A stretch of DNA of 64,000 bases, from NCBI GenBank assembly GCA_043228905.1, contig JBHGNT010000030.1, positions 273,773-337,772 on the forward strand, given 5' to 3'. Positions 1-12,900 of this stretch are shown one piece after another; the first letter of the stretch is position 1; every line of letters begins with the position of its first letter. Under the pieces are notes generated by a model that ran no database searches, had not been told where the DNA came from, and saw only the letters and a program-made list of their open reading frames with translations. A program made the position numbers and the translations under genes. Origin of the DNA: Azolla caroliniana (lineage: Eukaryota; Plantae; Polypodiophyta).

Positions 1-2
1 TT

Positions 3-467
3 GACTCTCGACGCACTGTCCTCCGGTAAGGGTGCCGCGACTGGCCTTACCTTCCGGTCCACAGTCTTGTACTTGGTGCTTACGTGGGCCGTCCGAACTG
101 ACTCGAGCCCTCGACCGAAGTCCGCGATGACTTCGTACATCTCCTCGGAACACACCGGTATCGTCCGGTCTTCGTTAAGGCCTTCTTCGACTACCTTTCC
201 CAGCATTCCCAAGGTGTCGCCGAATGAGACCGCCTCCACGGCCCCGTTGATTTCCTCGTCCGGGCCGAGAACTCCGCACGCTCGAAGTCTCCCCTCCGCC
301 TTTGTCTTCTCTCGGCCGCCGATGCCGACTATCTTACACGCTCCGCTGTCGGAGAACAAAAATTCCCTACCTATGGTACAAGGTTTCTTCGGTTTTATCG
401 TACAGGTGTGGGGTTTTCCCAGGGTGTCCGGACTGTCGCGGCCCCACGCCTTGGCAGCCCTCTCTAA
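3..467 (-). CDS. pol: Start of pol (ORF2) of element A in the -1 frame, partial; absent from the ORF track
   Basis: Manual translation shows no stop from 467 to the edge: LERAAKAWGRDSPDTLGKP...HVSTKYKTVDRKVRPVAAPLPEDSASRV; begins at the G GAT TTT slippery site overlapping the ORF1 stop. Confidence 0.7.
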
Positions 468-2590
468 AAATCCTCTCGGTTATCGGAACCGAGGGAGTCG
501 CAGTTACGCTCATGGTTCGGCCTAACCGTCAAAAACTGGACCGAATGGCGCCCGTCCTGGCTCTTGACCCGCGCATAGGCCGAACCGTTGTCCAGCACCT
601 TGGTCTCCATTCGAGCCGCCGTGATGTACGGCTCTCCCAGTATGACGGGGTGCGATGACGACTCCTGCACGAAGAAGTGCTGGTCTATCTCGACATCGCC
701 GATCTTGACCCGTACATTCGGGCAGGCCCCGTGAAGTTCCTCGGTGGCGCGCGTCGCTGCCCTTATCTTCCACCCGTGCTTGGTGTTGATCGGCCATTTG
801 CCCTTCTTATAGAAGTCCATGGACATCAGGTTGATTTCCGATCCGTGGTCCACCAAAGCTACTACCGGTTCCTGGACATCGCCGATCTTTACCGGGGTTT
901 CCGTGGTCGCTCGGGCCCAGTGTGGCCGCGAATAGTGGCTCTCCGCCCACTCGTCTTCCAGCGCCATGTCGTCCAGGTGCGTCGTCCGCACTTCCACCGG
1001 TCTTTCCGGTTCTGCCTCCGTTGACAGCCTCTTCCGTTTCACCAAGTCCACGATGGAGTCGTGGAACTCCTTCTTGGCGATTCCCAGCACCTCCCGTAGC
1101 GACAGCTCCACCTTGCTGTCGAGAATCCGTTCCTCCAGGACCTTTCGTAAGTCCGTGGTTCTTTCTATCTCCGTCCCCAGACGGTATCCGCCCTTCTGGG
1201 GTTTATCTTGCGTACCGGCCCCGCCGGCTTCGTCCCGTCGTGGCCCGGACCGGGTCTCGTATCGTTGTGAGGGCCCGGTCGTCCCGGGTTTCCCCACCCG
1301 CTTCTCTTCTACTAGAGCCTCGTAGTTCCGGCAAGCGGCTTCCACGAAGCCCGTCTTTTCCTCGACCGGGTCGCTCCACCCGGTCATCTCCCGTACCCGT
1401 TTCTCCGCACGGTCCGATTCCTCCCTTTTAAGCCCTGCACCGGCAAGGCCTTCCAGCATCGTCGGCCAGAATCCGGCTTTGCTTTCCTTTCGGGCCTCGC
1501 CGCCCCCGACTCGAATACCGGCCGACGCCGAGTAGTGGACGGTTTCCGCATGTCGGGCCGCCGCCTCTTCCATCAACCTCTTCATTCCGCCTCGCCCGTC
1601 GTTTCGGTTTAGGGCCCTCCTCGTGTCGTTGGCGTGAACCCGGCCTTCCCATAGGTACACCACCCGGTTCCTCAGCGCCTCTGCGAAATCGCCGCAGTCT
1701 TTCCGGATGTGGCCGACCCCGTCGCACCACATGCACCTGTTCCCTGCCGCCGGCCGTCGGTCACGAGCAGGACCTCCGCCTTCTCTGCGGGCTTGTGCGA
1801 TTTGGAGGTCTTTTATCGCCCTCGTCAGTTCCTCCAACGCAGCCCCTCCAGTCGAGCCTCTGATCACACCGGTCGGAGCTGAACCGGATTCCAGCCACTC
1901 CCGAGTCTCTTCCCTTCGCACCGGCTGCGCCGGCTCGAGTTTCCTCGCCGCGACTGAGCCCGACCCGGTTGCTCTGTCATCCTCCCATTCTCGCCGTTTG
2001 TCGAAACGGCCGCAGGCTCTCTTGACCGCCGCCCAGTCGGCCGTCAGCCCGTCTTCGGTTTCTAGCAGGGCGCCCACGTGACTCCGATCCCTCTCGTCAA
2101 CCGATTTGACGAACAGCAGGACCCGGCTTGTATCCAGGACCATCCTGTCAAGCGCCGAAAGGCGCGCGAAGTTCTCCTCGAACTCCCGGAGGAGAGCCGA
2201 CGCATTCCTTCCTTTCCCGGGAGACTCCACCCACTCCATGAAGCTTCGCTTCGAAAGCCGGAGCACGTCGTCCAGTCCGTATTTTTCCAGGAGCCGACCT
2301 TCGAACTCCTCCCAGGTACGGCTCTCCGCCCGCACCTCGAGCACCTCCGCGTGGATGCTCGGCATCGCCACTCGGGGAAAACCGGCAAGACGCCTGTCTT
2401 CCGGAATGTCCCGCATTAACATTTCCGCACCGTAGGACGCCAGGTACTTCGTGGCATCCTTTCCGGTGAATCGACCGATCGTTCCGACGACCGCCTCAAT
2501 AGCTCTATCGAGGGCGCCGGTGCCCTCGCGCGCGCTTACTATCCGATCCACGGCCGAAGCCATGGCCTCTGCAAGATCCGCCCCTTTCAT
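464..2590 (-). CDS. gag: Gag-aspartic protease polyprotein (ORF1) of element A, 708 aa, intact
   Basis: CCHC zinc knuckle CMWCDGVGHIRKDC; retropepsin-like motifs ALVDHGSEINLM and VILGEPY; ATG about 22 nt downstream of the PBS. Confidence 0.85.
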   Translation of the reverse strand: MKGADLAEAMASAVDRIVSAREGTGALDRAIEAVVGTIGRFTGKDATKYLASYGAEMLMRDIPEDRRLAGFPRVAMPSIHAEVLEVRAESRTWEEFEGRLLEKYGLDDVLRLSKRSFMEWVESPGKGRNASALLREFEENFARLSALDRMVLDTSRVLLFVKSVDERDRSHVGALLETEDGLTADWAAVKRACGRFDKRREWEDDRATGSGSVAARKLEPAQPVRREETREWLESGSAPTGVIRGSTGGAALEELTRAIKDLQIAQARREGGGPARDRRPAAGNRCMWCDGVGHIRKDCGDFAEALRNRVVYLWEGRVHANDTRRALNRNDGRGGMKRLMEEAAARHAETVHYSASAGIRVGGGEARKESKAGFWPTMLEGLAGAGLKREESDRAEKRVREMTGWSDPVEEKTGFVEAACRNYEALVEEKRVGKPGTTGPSQRYETRSGPRRDEAGGAGTQDKPQKGGYRLGTEIERTTDLRKVLEERILDSKVELSLREVLGIAKKEFHDSIVDLVKRKRLSTEAEPERPVEVRTTHLDDMALEDEWAESHYSRPHWARATTETPVKIGDVQEPVVALVDHGSEINLMSMDFYKKGKWPINTKHGWKIRAATRATEELHGACPNVRVKIGDVEIDQHFFVQESSSHPVILGEPYITAARMETKVLDNGSAYARVKSQDGRHSVQFLTVRPNHERNCDSLGSDNREDF

Positions 2591-2612
2591 TTCCTACTCT
2601 TCTGCCGCCTCT

Positions 2613-2630
2613 TTCACGTCGGGTTCACCA
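2613..2630 (-). other. Primer-binding site complementary to the tRNA-Trp 3' end (element A)
   Basis: Minus strand TGGTGAACCCGACGTGAA; + strand TTCACGTCGGGTTCACCA matches the 3' end of plant cytosolic tRNA-Trp(CCA) including CCA, as recalled; lies 3 nt inside the LTR end. Confidence 0.85.
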
Positions 2631-3358
2631 AGATGTCGGGGTTGCTACGCCCTTGCGTGTAGAAAGGAGGAGGGACCACGGGGGTCTCGAACCGAAGAGC
2701 AAGAGAGAGAGGAGTAAGAGAGAGAGACCCGATTACACAGAACCGAAGATCCGATTGCGCAGAACCGACAATTGCACAGGGACACGGCCCAACAAACAGA
2801 GATCACAAATAAACGCCGACGCAGATGGACGCAACAACGAGAGATATGTACTTATGAATGCAAGAAAATAACAGACTAAAGCATTACAACCCACAGTGGG
2901 GCACAAAAAAAAAATAGATACTAACGAAACGAACAGGGCGGCGAACAGCTGCCGACCCCTGTATGTCGCGACGCACAGAAAGGGAAAACAGGTCGGAGGT
3001 GCTGCAGGACGCACTCGGGGCGTTCCACGGAACCGCGCAGGCCTCCTCGAAACCTGCACAGGTACGCGATGGAGCAGAAGACAGAGAGAGAGCAGGAGTG
3101 AGAGAGAAGCTCCGAAATCGGTTCGGCAGCACTTCGTCCTCTCCGCGGGAGATACCCCCACTTCTATTCTTCCTCTTCCTTTTATAGCCCGTCAAGGGGC
3201 CGTTTGGCATTAACTGCATACCAACCGAATCTTCCCACCTAGGATCCTCGTATGTACCTACTTCGTCCTTAGGTACTTCCTGGCGCGCGTGTGTGTGTAG
3301 AGCCGTTTCCCACGCCTTGTTCCTCCGATTCCTCTTGTGGGCGGTTTTCTTCACGACA

Positions 3359-5355
3359 CCGTCCGCCTTCACGCACCGGGTACCCGTTCCGATAGCCTCG
3401 TCCGTTCCGATCTCCGACTCCTCGCCGCCTTCCGTCGTCTCTTTGGTCTTACGTCGATCCGCAACCGCCAAAGTCTCAAGAATAGGTGAGGAGGGTCCCT
3501 CTCGCTCTCGGCCTCCCACCGAGTCGTAATCAGCGTGCCCGGTTAGCTTCCTTCTCGCGCTCACCGGCTCCCACCGGGTGTTGTGGCCCGTTCTCCTCGA
3601 CCTCCAACCGTGCCAACTTAGCCTTCGCCCGGATCGGTCTCGGACGATCGAGTTCCGGTTAGGTCGGCTCCCTTCTGTAATCGTAACCGGCCGGTAGATG
3701 TTTGTCCGAACAAATCCGACCTTGCCAGCTCTTCTTCGGTTCGGGCCCGGTTGACCAGACCCCGCTCCAATGTTCTTCTGCGTCGTCTTCCGGTCATGTC
3801 GGATTATCGACCGGTCCATCTTCCGGTCGGGTCGGTTCCCGACTCTCTCCCCTTTGCCGCTCCCGACCTCTCCATCGATCCTCTCGTATATGCCCGTTCC
3901 GGGCCTCGCGTCCTCATCTTCGTACGTGTTCGCTCCGGGCCACACCTCCTCACGGCCACCGCCCTTCTCTCCGGTCTTATGTTGGCATTCGAGCGCAACC
4001 GTCGTAGTGTCCGGTCTCGGTGTCGAGAGGTCTCGCCTCCGTCCGCTATGACCTTCGTCGTCGTCGTTTCGATCGTCCGCTTTGCCGCCACCTTCCGTCT
4101 CTCCGGTCTCACGTGGGCTCTCGGGGCCGACTGCCGAAGTCTCTAGAATAGGTGTGGGAAAAGTCCCGATACCGTTACTCGTCGATGCCATGATTGTAGC
4201 CACCTTCGTTCGGACGCCGTGGTCCGTGGCTATCTCTTCCTCGTTCTCTTCGTCGCCGTGGTAGGCCGCCTTGCCGCCACCACCACCCGTCGCTCTAGGT
4301 CTCACGCCGGCACTCGGGCCGGCCGTTGGAGCCTCTAGGACCGGTGTGGGTAAGGACCCGGCACCGCCACTCGTCGTGTCAGTAGCCGCTTCCGACCGGT
4401 CGTCGTTGTCCGCGGCTACCCCATCTCCAATTCCGCAAGCCTCGATTACGCTTGCCACCATCTCTCCCATGCCGTCGTCTCGGTTGCCCGCCTTGCCGCC
4501 GCCATCGTCCGTCACTCTAGGTCTCACACCGGCTCTCGGGCCGGATGCCAAAGTCTCTAGGACCGGTGTGTGTAAGGTCGCGGCACCGCCGCTTGTCCGC
4601 TCCTCACTCAATGTTTCGGGCTGCCATGTCCCGAACCCGTAGTTATCGGCCTCCATGGCCGTCCCTTCACCGCAAGGCAAGAGGGTCGCTTGCTCCGCAC
4701 CCTCTCCTATCTCACCGTCGTACGCTCTCCCGGCCTCCATATAGGCCCCGTCTTCTACGTCTAGGGAGGCTTCTTCCTCCGCATCCTCCGATCGCCCCCG
4801 GCCCGTCTCCGTAACAAGCCCTTCTTCGGCTCCGATTTTCGCCTTCACAAGCTCGCATGCCTCTCGTATTAGCGCTTCTAGGTCGAGCTCCTCCGAACCG
4901 TTTTGCGTTGAGCTCTCTTCCGGCGGTAGTGCGTACTCACTCGCCGCTCTCTCTTCTCTGCCGCTCGCGGGCCACGTTGTTGCCGACCGCTCCCCATCGG
5001 GTTGCCGGCATACCCACTCCGGTTTCGCGTATCCGCACGCTTCCAATAGGGCTACCTCCAAGGACACCCACGTCTCGTGAGCTTCTCGTAGCTCCTTGAC
5101 CTCCTTGTGCACCGATGCGGCCGCCACTCGAGGAAAATACTCTAGTTGCATCTCCTCGTCCACGCCCCCTTTCGCCATCTCGGCCTCGTACGCCTCCAAG
5201 AACCTCGGGACATCGTCCCCGTTGAATCGGCCGACTCGATCGACCACCCTTTCGACGACTTGTTGAGCCGCATCTCGCTTCGCCATTTTCCGTCCGGCTT
5301 CCATCACGATTTTTGCCATCATCTCCTCGAAGTCCAAGTCTTCTTCCATCTCCAT
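3359..5355 (-). CDS. Gag N-terminal domain followed by a long acidic/Gly-rich repeat region (element B ORF, cut by element A)
   Basis: VGRFNGDDVPRFLEAYEAEM...YFPRVAAASVHKEVKELREAHETW aligns with element A IGRFTGKDATKYLASYGAEM...GFPRVAMPSIHAEVLEVRAESRTW; then repeated TP(V/I)LE(T/A)xxxGP motifs. Confidence 0.6.
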
Positions 5356-5933
5356 GCTCCCTTGCCGCCCTTCACGTCGGGTTCACCAAAGATGTCGCGT
5401 TGTTACGCGCGTGCGTGTAGAAGGGGCGGGACCGCGGGGGTCTTGGACTAGGGAGTGGAGGAGAAAGAATAGGACATGATATGGAGGCTTAGTTCAAGAG
5501 GAGAAGAGGAAAGAATAAGACCACGACATCGAAGGAGGGATCAGCAGAGGCAAGATGCTCAACAAGCTATATTAAAACAACGAATGGTTACAACAATGGT
5601 GGCCGCCATGGCCGCACCAAAATGACTATCCGAAAACCCTAAAGGGAAACCCCAGGAGAAACCCTAATCGAAACCCTAACCCTAAAACGAAATGGGAAGA
5701 GGGAGAACCCTAGACTAAGTGGTATACCTTACTCGCACAAAATAGGCAACCCCTTCATAAGTGACCCCTCCCTTCCTTTTATAGCCCAAGGAGGGAGGGA
5801 CCTTACAATGTGGGACAAAAATTTCCCCTCTCTTTCTATACACCATATCCTAGTATACATGTGCACATGTTGCACAACATCGACTTGCCCCTTCCACCCT
5901 GGTTTCCGCCTATGGACGAAAATCTTCACGACA
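3359..5933 (-). mobile_element. tRNA-Trp-primed family, element B (5' LTR 5393-5933, PBS 5371-5388, atypical gag-derived ORF), interrupted by element A
   Basis: Same LTR termini, TATA near 5777-5787 and identical 18-nt PBS; inserted into the element C gag at CCGT (5934-5937). Confidence 0.85.
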
Positions 5934-6350
5934 CCGTACTTCTCGAGGAGCCGCAACTCGAACTCCTCCCAAGTCTGGCATCCGGCCAACACCTCGAGCA
6001 CCTCCGCGTGGATGCTCGGCGTCACCACCTGAGGGAATCCGGACAGCCGCCTGTCCACCGGGATGTCCCTCATGATCAATTCGGCCCGGTAAGCCTCCAA
6101 ATAACTTGTGGCATCTTACCCTCCGAACCGGCCTATAGTGCCGACGATCGATTCAACGGCTCTGTCAAGGGTACCCGTCCCCTCACGAGCGCTTACCAGC
6201 CGGCCGACGGCTACCGCCATTGCCTCCACTAGCTCTGATCCCCTCATCTTTTGACTCCTTTGCCGCCTGTTCACGTCGGGTTCACCAAATATGTCGCATT
6301 GTTACACGCGTGCGTGTAGAAAGAGGCGGGACCACAGGGGTCTCGGACCA

Positions 6351-6404
<54 letters not shown>

Positions 6405-6969
6405 TGCAAGTACGCAGAGAGAGGTTAAGAGCAAGCAAAATAGGAGTCCGATTACTATAGTCAATAGCTTACAACCGGCAACCCGGCAATGGACCCGACA
6501 CGGGTCCTACTCACGCACACCGACGACAGCCACACGACTCGAAGAAACAAACGGGGGAGAGGGGAAGGAGAGAGACTCTGCTGGAAGCACACGAGCTGTC
6601 CACGAAGCAGAGGCAGCGAACTCTCGACACCCGCAGAGAACGACGAATTGAGGAGAGAGAGCCCGACACTCGGTTCTGCAGCAGCACTTCGTCCTCGCCA
6701 ACGCGTGATCCCCTTTCCTCCTTCTTTCCTCTCCTTAAATAGTTCCCAAAAGGGCGGTGCCCTTTTTCCCTAGTCAAATCGCCTTATTCCTTGTCCCTTC
6801 TGACAGAGATACGCACAATCCCTTAATAAATGTGTACTACTTGGTATTTACATCAGCTGATCCATTTATGAATCAATATCAAAATATCAATTCATGCGTC
6901 CATCCATGTAAGAGCCGGTTCATGCGCCTTTTTGTCCGATTCCGCCTATGGCCGGTTTTCTTCACGACA
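5934..6969 (-). mobile_element. tRNA-Trp-primed family, element C (5' LTR 6292-6969, PBS 6270-6287, gag start 6247 to 5934), interrupted by element B
   Basis: gag MRGSELVEAMAVAVGRLVSAREGTGTLDRAVE...LLEKYG closely resembles element A gag and has one in-frame stop; LTR contains an (AG)n tract; inserted into a chromovirus protease region at CCGT (6970-6973). Confidence 0.85.
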
Positions 6970-7414
6970 CCGTGTAGGTGTGATCACTTATGGTGGGTTG
7001 GATTCCCCATATCTGAACCAAACGATCATTCACAAAATTGTGTGAGCTTCCCGAATCAAATAAAAATTGTACGGGAGATCCATTGATATACCTGTTTGCA
7101 CGTAGTAAATCATTGGGACCCAATACATAGTGAGGGAAAGAACATTGACAATTACTTAAATGATGTGTATAGACCTGAAGGACCTTAGGAATCTGACCTT
7201 TATGGTCTGCAACTTTAGTTTTGTTGTCGTGCTCTTTTCGTTGGAGCTTTCGACATCGATCTTTTGTATGACCTTTCTTTTTGCAGAATACGCAAAAAGG
7301 ATGTTGTTGCTTACAATCGTGATCCATGAATTCATTGGGTGTCTTACATTTCCCAACGAATTGCGACTGCTTAGTCCCGGGTGCTTTGTTGGGTTTATTA
7401 TGGTCCTTCTTCGA
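6970..7414 (-). pseudogene. Chromovirus gag (zinc knuckle)/protease fragment, same family as 26659-39046
   Basis: [19 protein letters not shown]...[14 protein letters not shown]...SDHTYT is nearly identical to 34890-35335 in reverse orientation. Confidence 0.9.
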
Positions 7415-8001
7415 ATGTATCTAGATATCTTAGTCGTGTAATAAAACCTAACTGAGAGAAGTGCAAGAAGTGTTCCTTATAGTACAACATTTTAGATGGG
7501 AGTGGCTCTCGTGGGGTGATCCATTTATATCATGTGTAAATTTGCCATATTTCTTGGCGTATCACTTTATTACAATCTTCATGAGATATTAGAGTTTGGT
7601 TAGTCCCATGGTTGTACTTAAGGGGGGGTAGGTTATTTTTTAGCGGCAAGCTCAACCGGATCCGGATTGGCTGAATAAGCCTGAGCCGGATCGGCATTTG
7701 GAAGGATGAGCCAGATCGGTGAGCCGGTGAGCCGGTTAGCCGGATCCATCAGTAACCGGAAGCCTAGTAGCAGCCTAGACTACTAGGAAGTTAATGTCTC
7801 ATAGTTAGTGTCAGACGCTTGTGTGAGCATTGAAGTACACCGTACTTCTGTCAGTCCGGATGGACTTGTATAAAAGTGTTCACTAAACACATACGATGTA
7901 CAGAGTGTTACAGATTGAGTATTATTTTTTAATAGAGTTTCTGTGTGCTCTCTCTCACTCTCTGTCTCTCCCGTGTACTGTGTATATCCTAAGCTCTCCA
8001 T

Positions 8002-9814
<1,813 letters not shown>

Positions 9815-9950
9815 TCCATTAAACCTGCGTTTCTGTGTTCTGTTTTCTATTGCTTCTACACAACGTATTCTTTTACATGGTATCAGAGCGCGAGGGTTGA
9901 GAACCTCTGCAGCCAACATAGCTTGAAAAAAAAAACCAACCAAGAGGAAC

Positions 9951-12900
9951 ATGAAAAACAAAATGGATAGAGGCATGGCTAGCTCGCTTCCTACCGAGAA
10001 GCTCGACAGAAACAACTACGCATCTTGGTCCTACAAGATGCACCAGTACCTGCTCGGGCACGGTTACTGGAGCTATGTCGACGGAGCAAATGACACAACA
10101 CCCGAATCGACACACAGAGATTTCCCGGTGTGGGAACAGTCGGCAAGCAGAGTATTGTACTGCTTCGCATCTTGTGTGGGCGAACAACTTCTGAGCTATA
10201 TTCGGGATGTGAAAACGCCAAAAGATGCTTGGGGAAATTTGAAGAAGATTTTCGCCACAAGCACCATAGCGAGGAAGCTTCAACTCTGACAAGAGCTGAG
10301 CAACTTATGACAACGCAATTTGTCAGTGGCTTATTACACCTCGAAGATCAAAGAGATATGCGACTCCTTAGCCTCTATTGATGTGAACGTCGAGGAAGGC
10401 GAGATGGTGCAAATCTGTCTCGGGGGACTGGCATCAAAGTTCGGAGCATTCCGAACTGCTATGTGTACACGGGAGAATACGCCGTCATTTTTCGACTTAT
10501 AGTCGATGCTTCTTGTGGAGGAGAACCACGTTGGTGCGTCAACAAGTGCACCCACCAACATCCGGATGTTGTACACGAAGGTGGATCGGCCCCGTGGGCG
10601 TGGTGGACGAGGCGGGTCGGCTCGCAATGGTAGCGGCCGGCAAGAGCATGAACGAAGGCAAAGAGAAAGTGCCGACAATAGTTCCGGACCCTCCACAAGC
10701 AGGGGGAGTCAAGGCGGCGCCGGAGGCCGGCAAGCAAAGGTTGATACAGAATGCTAGTACTGTGGCAAAAAGGGCCACAGAGAAAGCGAGTGTTGGAAGA
10801 AACGCGCCGATTCGGACAAATCTGGATCCGGCAAGGCCGGCAGAGAGAACCAGCAATACTCACACTACGCAGAAGGATCGGGGGGATCCAAAACCAGAAA
10901 AGCCAGTAAAGGGCTAGCCTTGGTGATGAAACACGAGGCTAACTCGATGAAGAAGACCACTTCCGAATCGAAGGAAGTGTGGTACATTGATTCCGGTGCG
11001 TCGAATCACATGACGAGCCACAAAGAGTGGTTCTCCTTCTTGGAGAAACCCGAACAACCACGAGTTGTCGAAACCGGAGACGACACTCCACACCCAATCG
11101 TGCATGTCGAAGAAGTCCCTTTGAGCCACATCGGACAGAGGGGGAAGTTGATGAACGTTGTCGTGTTGTTACGCGCGTGTGTATAGAACGAGGCAGGACC
11201 ACGGGGGTCTTGGACTGAGGAATAACCGAACAGGAGTAGGAGCAAGAAAGACAATGACCGTGCTTCCACACACACACGCAGATACACAGAAACCGCAACT
11301 AAATGAAACAATGGAAACAAGACGAATGCATATATGTATGTATATATTCTAATGAAAAAGGGTTACAACCGGCAAGCCGGTGAGCAACAAATCTCCTACG
11401 CCTACGCACACACACACAGAAGAGCGAGATGGAGACTTTGCCGGAAGCACTCAGGCGTTCCGCGAAGCAGAGTCAGCCTCCCAAAAACCTGCACAGAGCA
11501 AATACAGAGAAAGACAGAGGAGAAGAGCTTGGTCCTAGTCCGACAGCACTTTGTCCTCGACAAAAGCGATCCCTTTTACGGTTCCTCTCCCTCTCTTTTA
11601 TAGCCCAAGGAGGGAAGCCGTTACAACTTGTTACATCATCTTTATTCCATGTCCTTTAGGACAGAGATATGCCTCGATTTCCTACCTATCAAATCCGTGC
11701 GACCTAAGATATTCACATCAGCCGACTTGTACCTAAATATGTACATTACAACAAAACTTGTGCCCGCGTGTAAGGGCCGGTTCGCGCGCATCATTCTCCA
11801 ATTCCGCCGAGGGACGGTTTTCTCCACGACAACATATTACACATTCCGACCATCACGAAGAACCTGGTGTCGATTGGACAGATAGTCGACCAGGGGATGC
11901 AAGTGCGGTTTACGCACCTCGGGTGCTTCATCGAGGAAGAGGGCCAGATTATTGCGCAAGGGCGCAAAGACGGGAGGATGTTCATCCTCGACGCCAATGA
12001 CGTAGGCACCACTTTGTTCGCCAAAGGTCAGAAGATTGAATTGGATATTGATCTCTGGCACAAGCGGATTGGCCACATCAATTACCGGAGGCTTCAAGAC
12101 CTGCAAACGAAACAAGTAGTTTCCGGTTTGCCGAAGTTCAGTGCCCGGAAGGCCCAAATATGTGAAGCTTGCCAACTCGGGAAGCAACACCGGCTTCCAT
12201 TCCCCACCGAACGAAACCGGAGTCGTAACAAGCTCGACCTTATTCATTCGGATGTATGGGGACCGGCACAAAACGTTAGTCTTGGCGGGAGTCGATATTT
12301 CGTCTCCTTCATCGACGACCACAGCCGGCATACATGGATCTACCTCATTGAGCGGAAGAGTGAAGTCTTCGAGTGTTTCTGGAACCTGCAAAGCCTAGTT
12401 GAACAAGAAACAGAGAGGAAGATCAAGTGTCTGCGGTTGGATGGCAGAAAAGAATATTTTTCCGGCCAATTCAACAGTTATCTACAGCAAAAAGGAATTC
12501 GAAGAGAGTTCAGCTGCAAATACACACCGGAGCAAAACGGTGTGGCCGAAAGGAAGAACCGGTCGATTGTCGACGCGGCAAGGGCAATGCTGGAGGAGAA
12601 GAGCATGCCCCATTTCTACTGGGCCGAGGCGGTCCAGATGGCCGTCTATATCCAAAACCGTATCGGTGACAAGGTGTCCACGCACGAGCTATGTCCGCGC
12701 ACGAGCTATATTTCGGACGCGAGCCGAATTTGAGACACCTTCGGATATTCGGTAGCATTGCATATGTGCATGTGCGGGATGAGAAGATGAGGAAGTTGGA
12801 TGCAAAGTCGGAGAAATGCATCCTGGTCGGTTACTCGCATGAGCAAAAGGGGTATAAATGTTATAACCCCCAGACGAAGCAGGTCCGAGTTAGCTAAGAT

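Larger units (their letters stand above)
1..3358 (-). mobile_element. Ty3/gypsy-type LTR retrotransposon, tRNA-Trp-primed family, element A (5' part; runs off the left edge)
   Basis: 5' LTR 2634-3358 (+ strand tgtcg...cacgaca; minus-strand TATA GGCTATAAAAG near 3180-3190), PBS 2613-2630, gag-PR ORF 464-2590, open -1 frame from 467 to the window edge; inserted into element B at a CCGT site (3359-3362). Confidence 0.9.

Noticed and set aside
1-525. 174-aa + strand ORF and many overlapping GC-rich ORFs
   Set aside because: Antisense shadows of retroelement coding sequence with no recognisable motifs.
2613-2630. tRNA-Trp gene or tRNA attachment site
   Set aside because: Only the 3' 18 nt including CCA, adjacent to an LTR end; no cloverleaf, so it is a PBS.
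2884-5355. 823-aa ORF as a single novel gene
   Set aside because: Chimera: the last 158 or so codons (after ...KADG) are read-through into the element A LTR. The same applies to 5729-6100 and 6962-7327.
6248-6262. Shine-Dalgarno-like AAGGAG before the gag ATG
   Set aside because: Eukaryotic context, purine-rich leader and inconsistent spacing among A, B and C.
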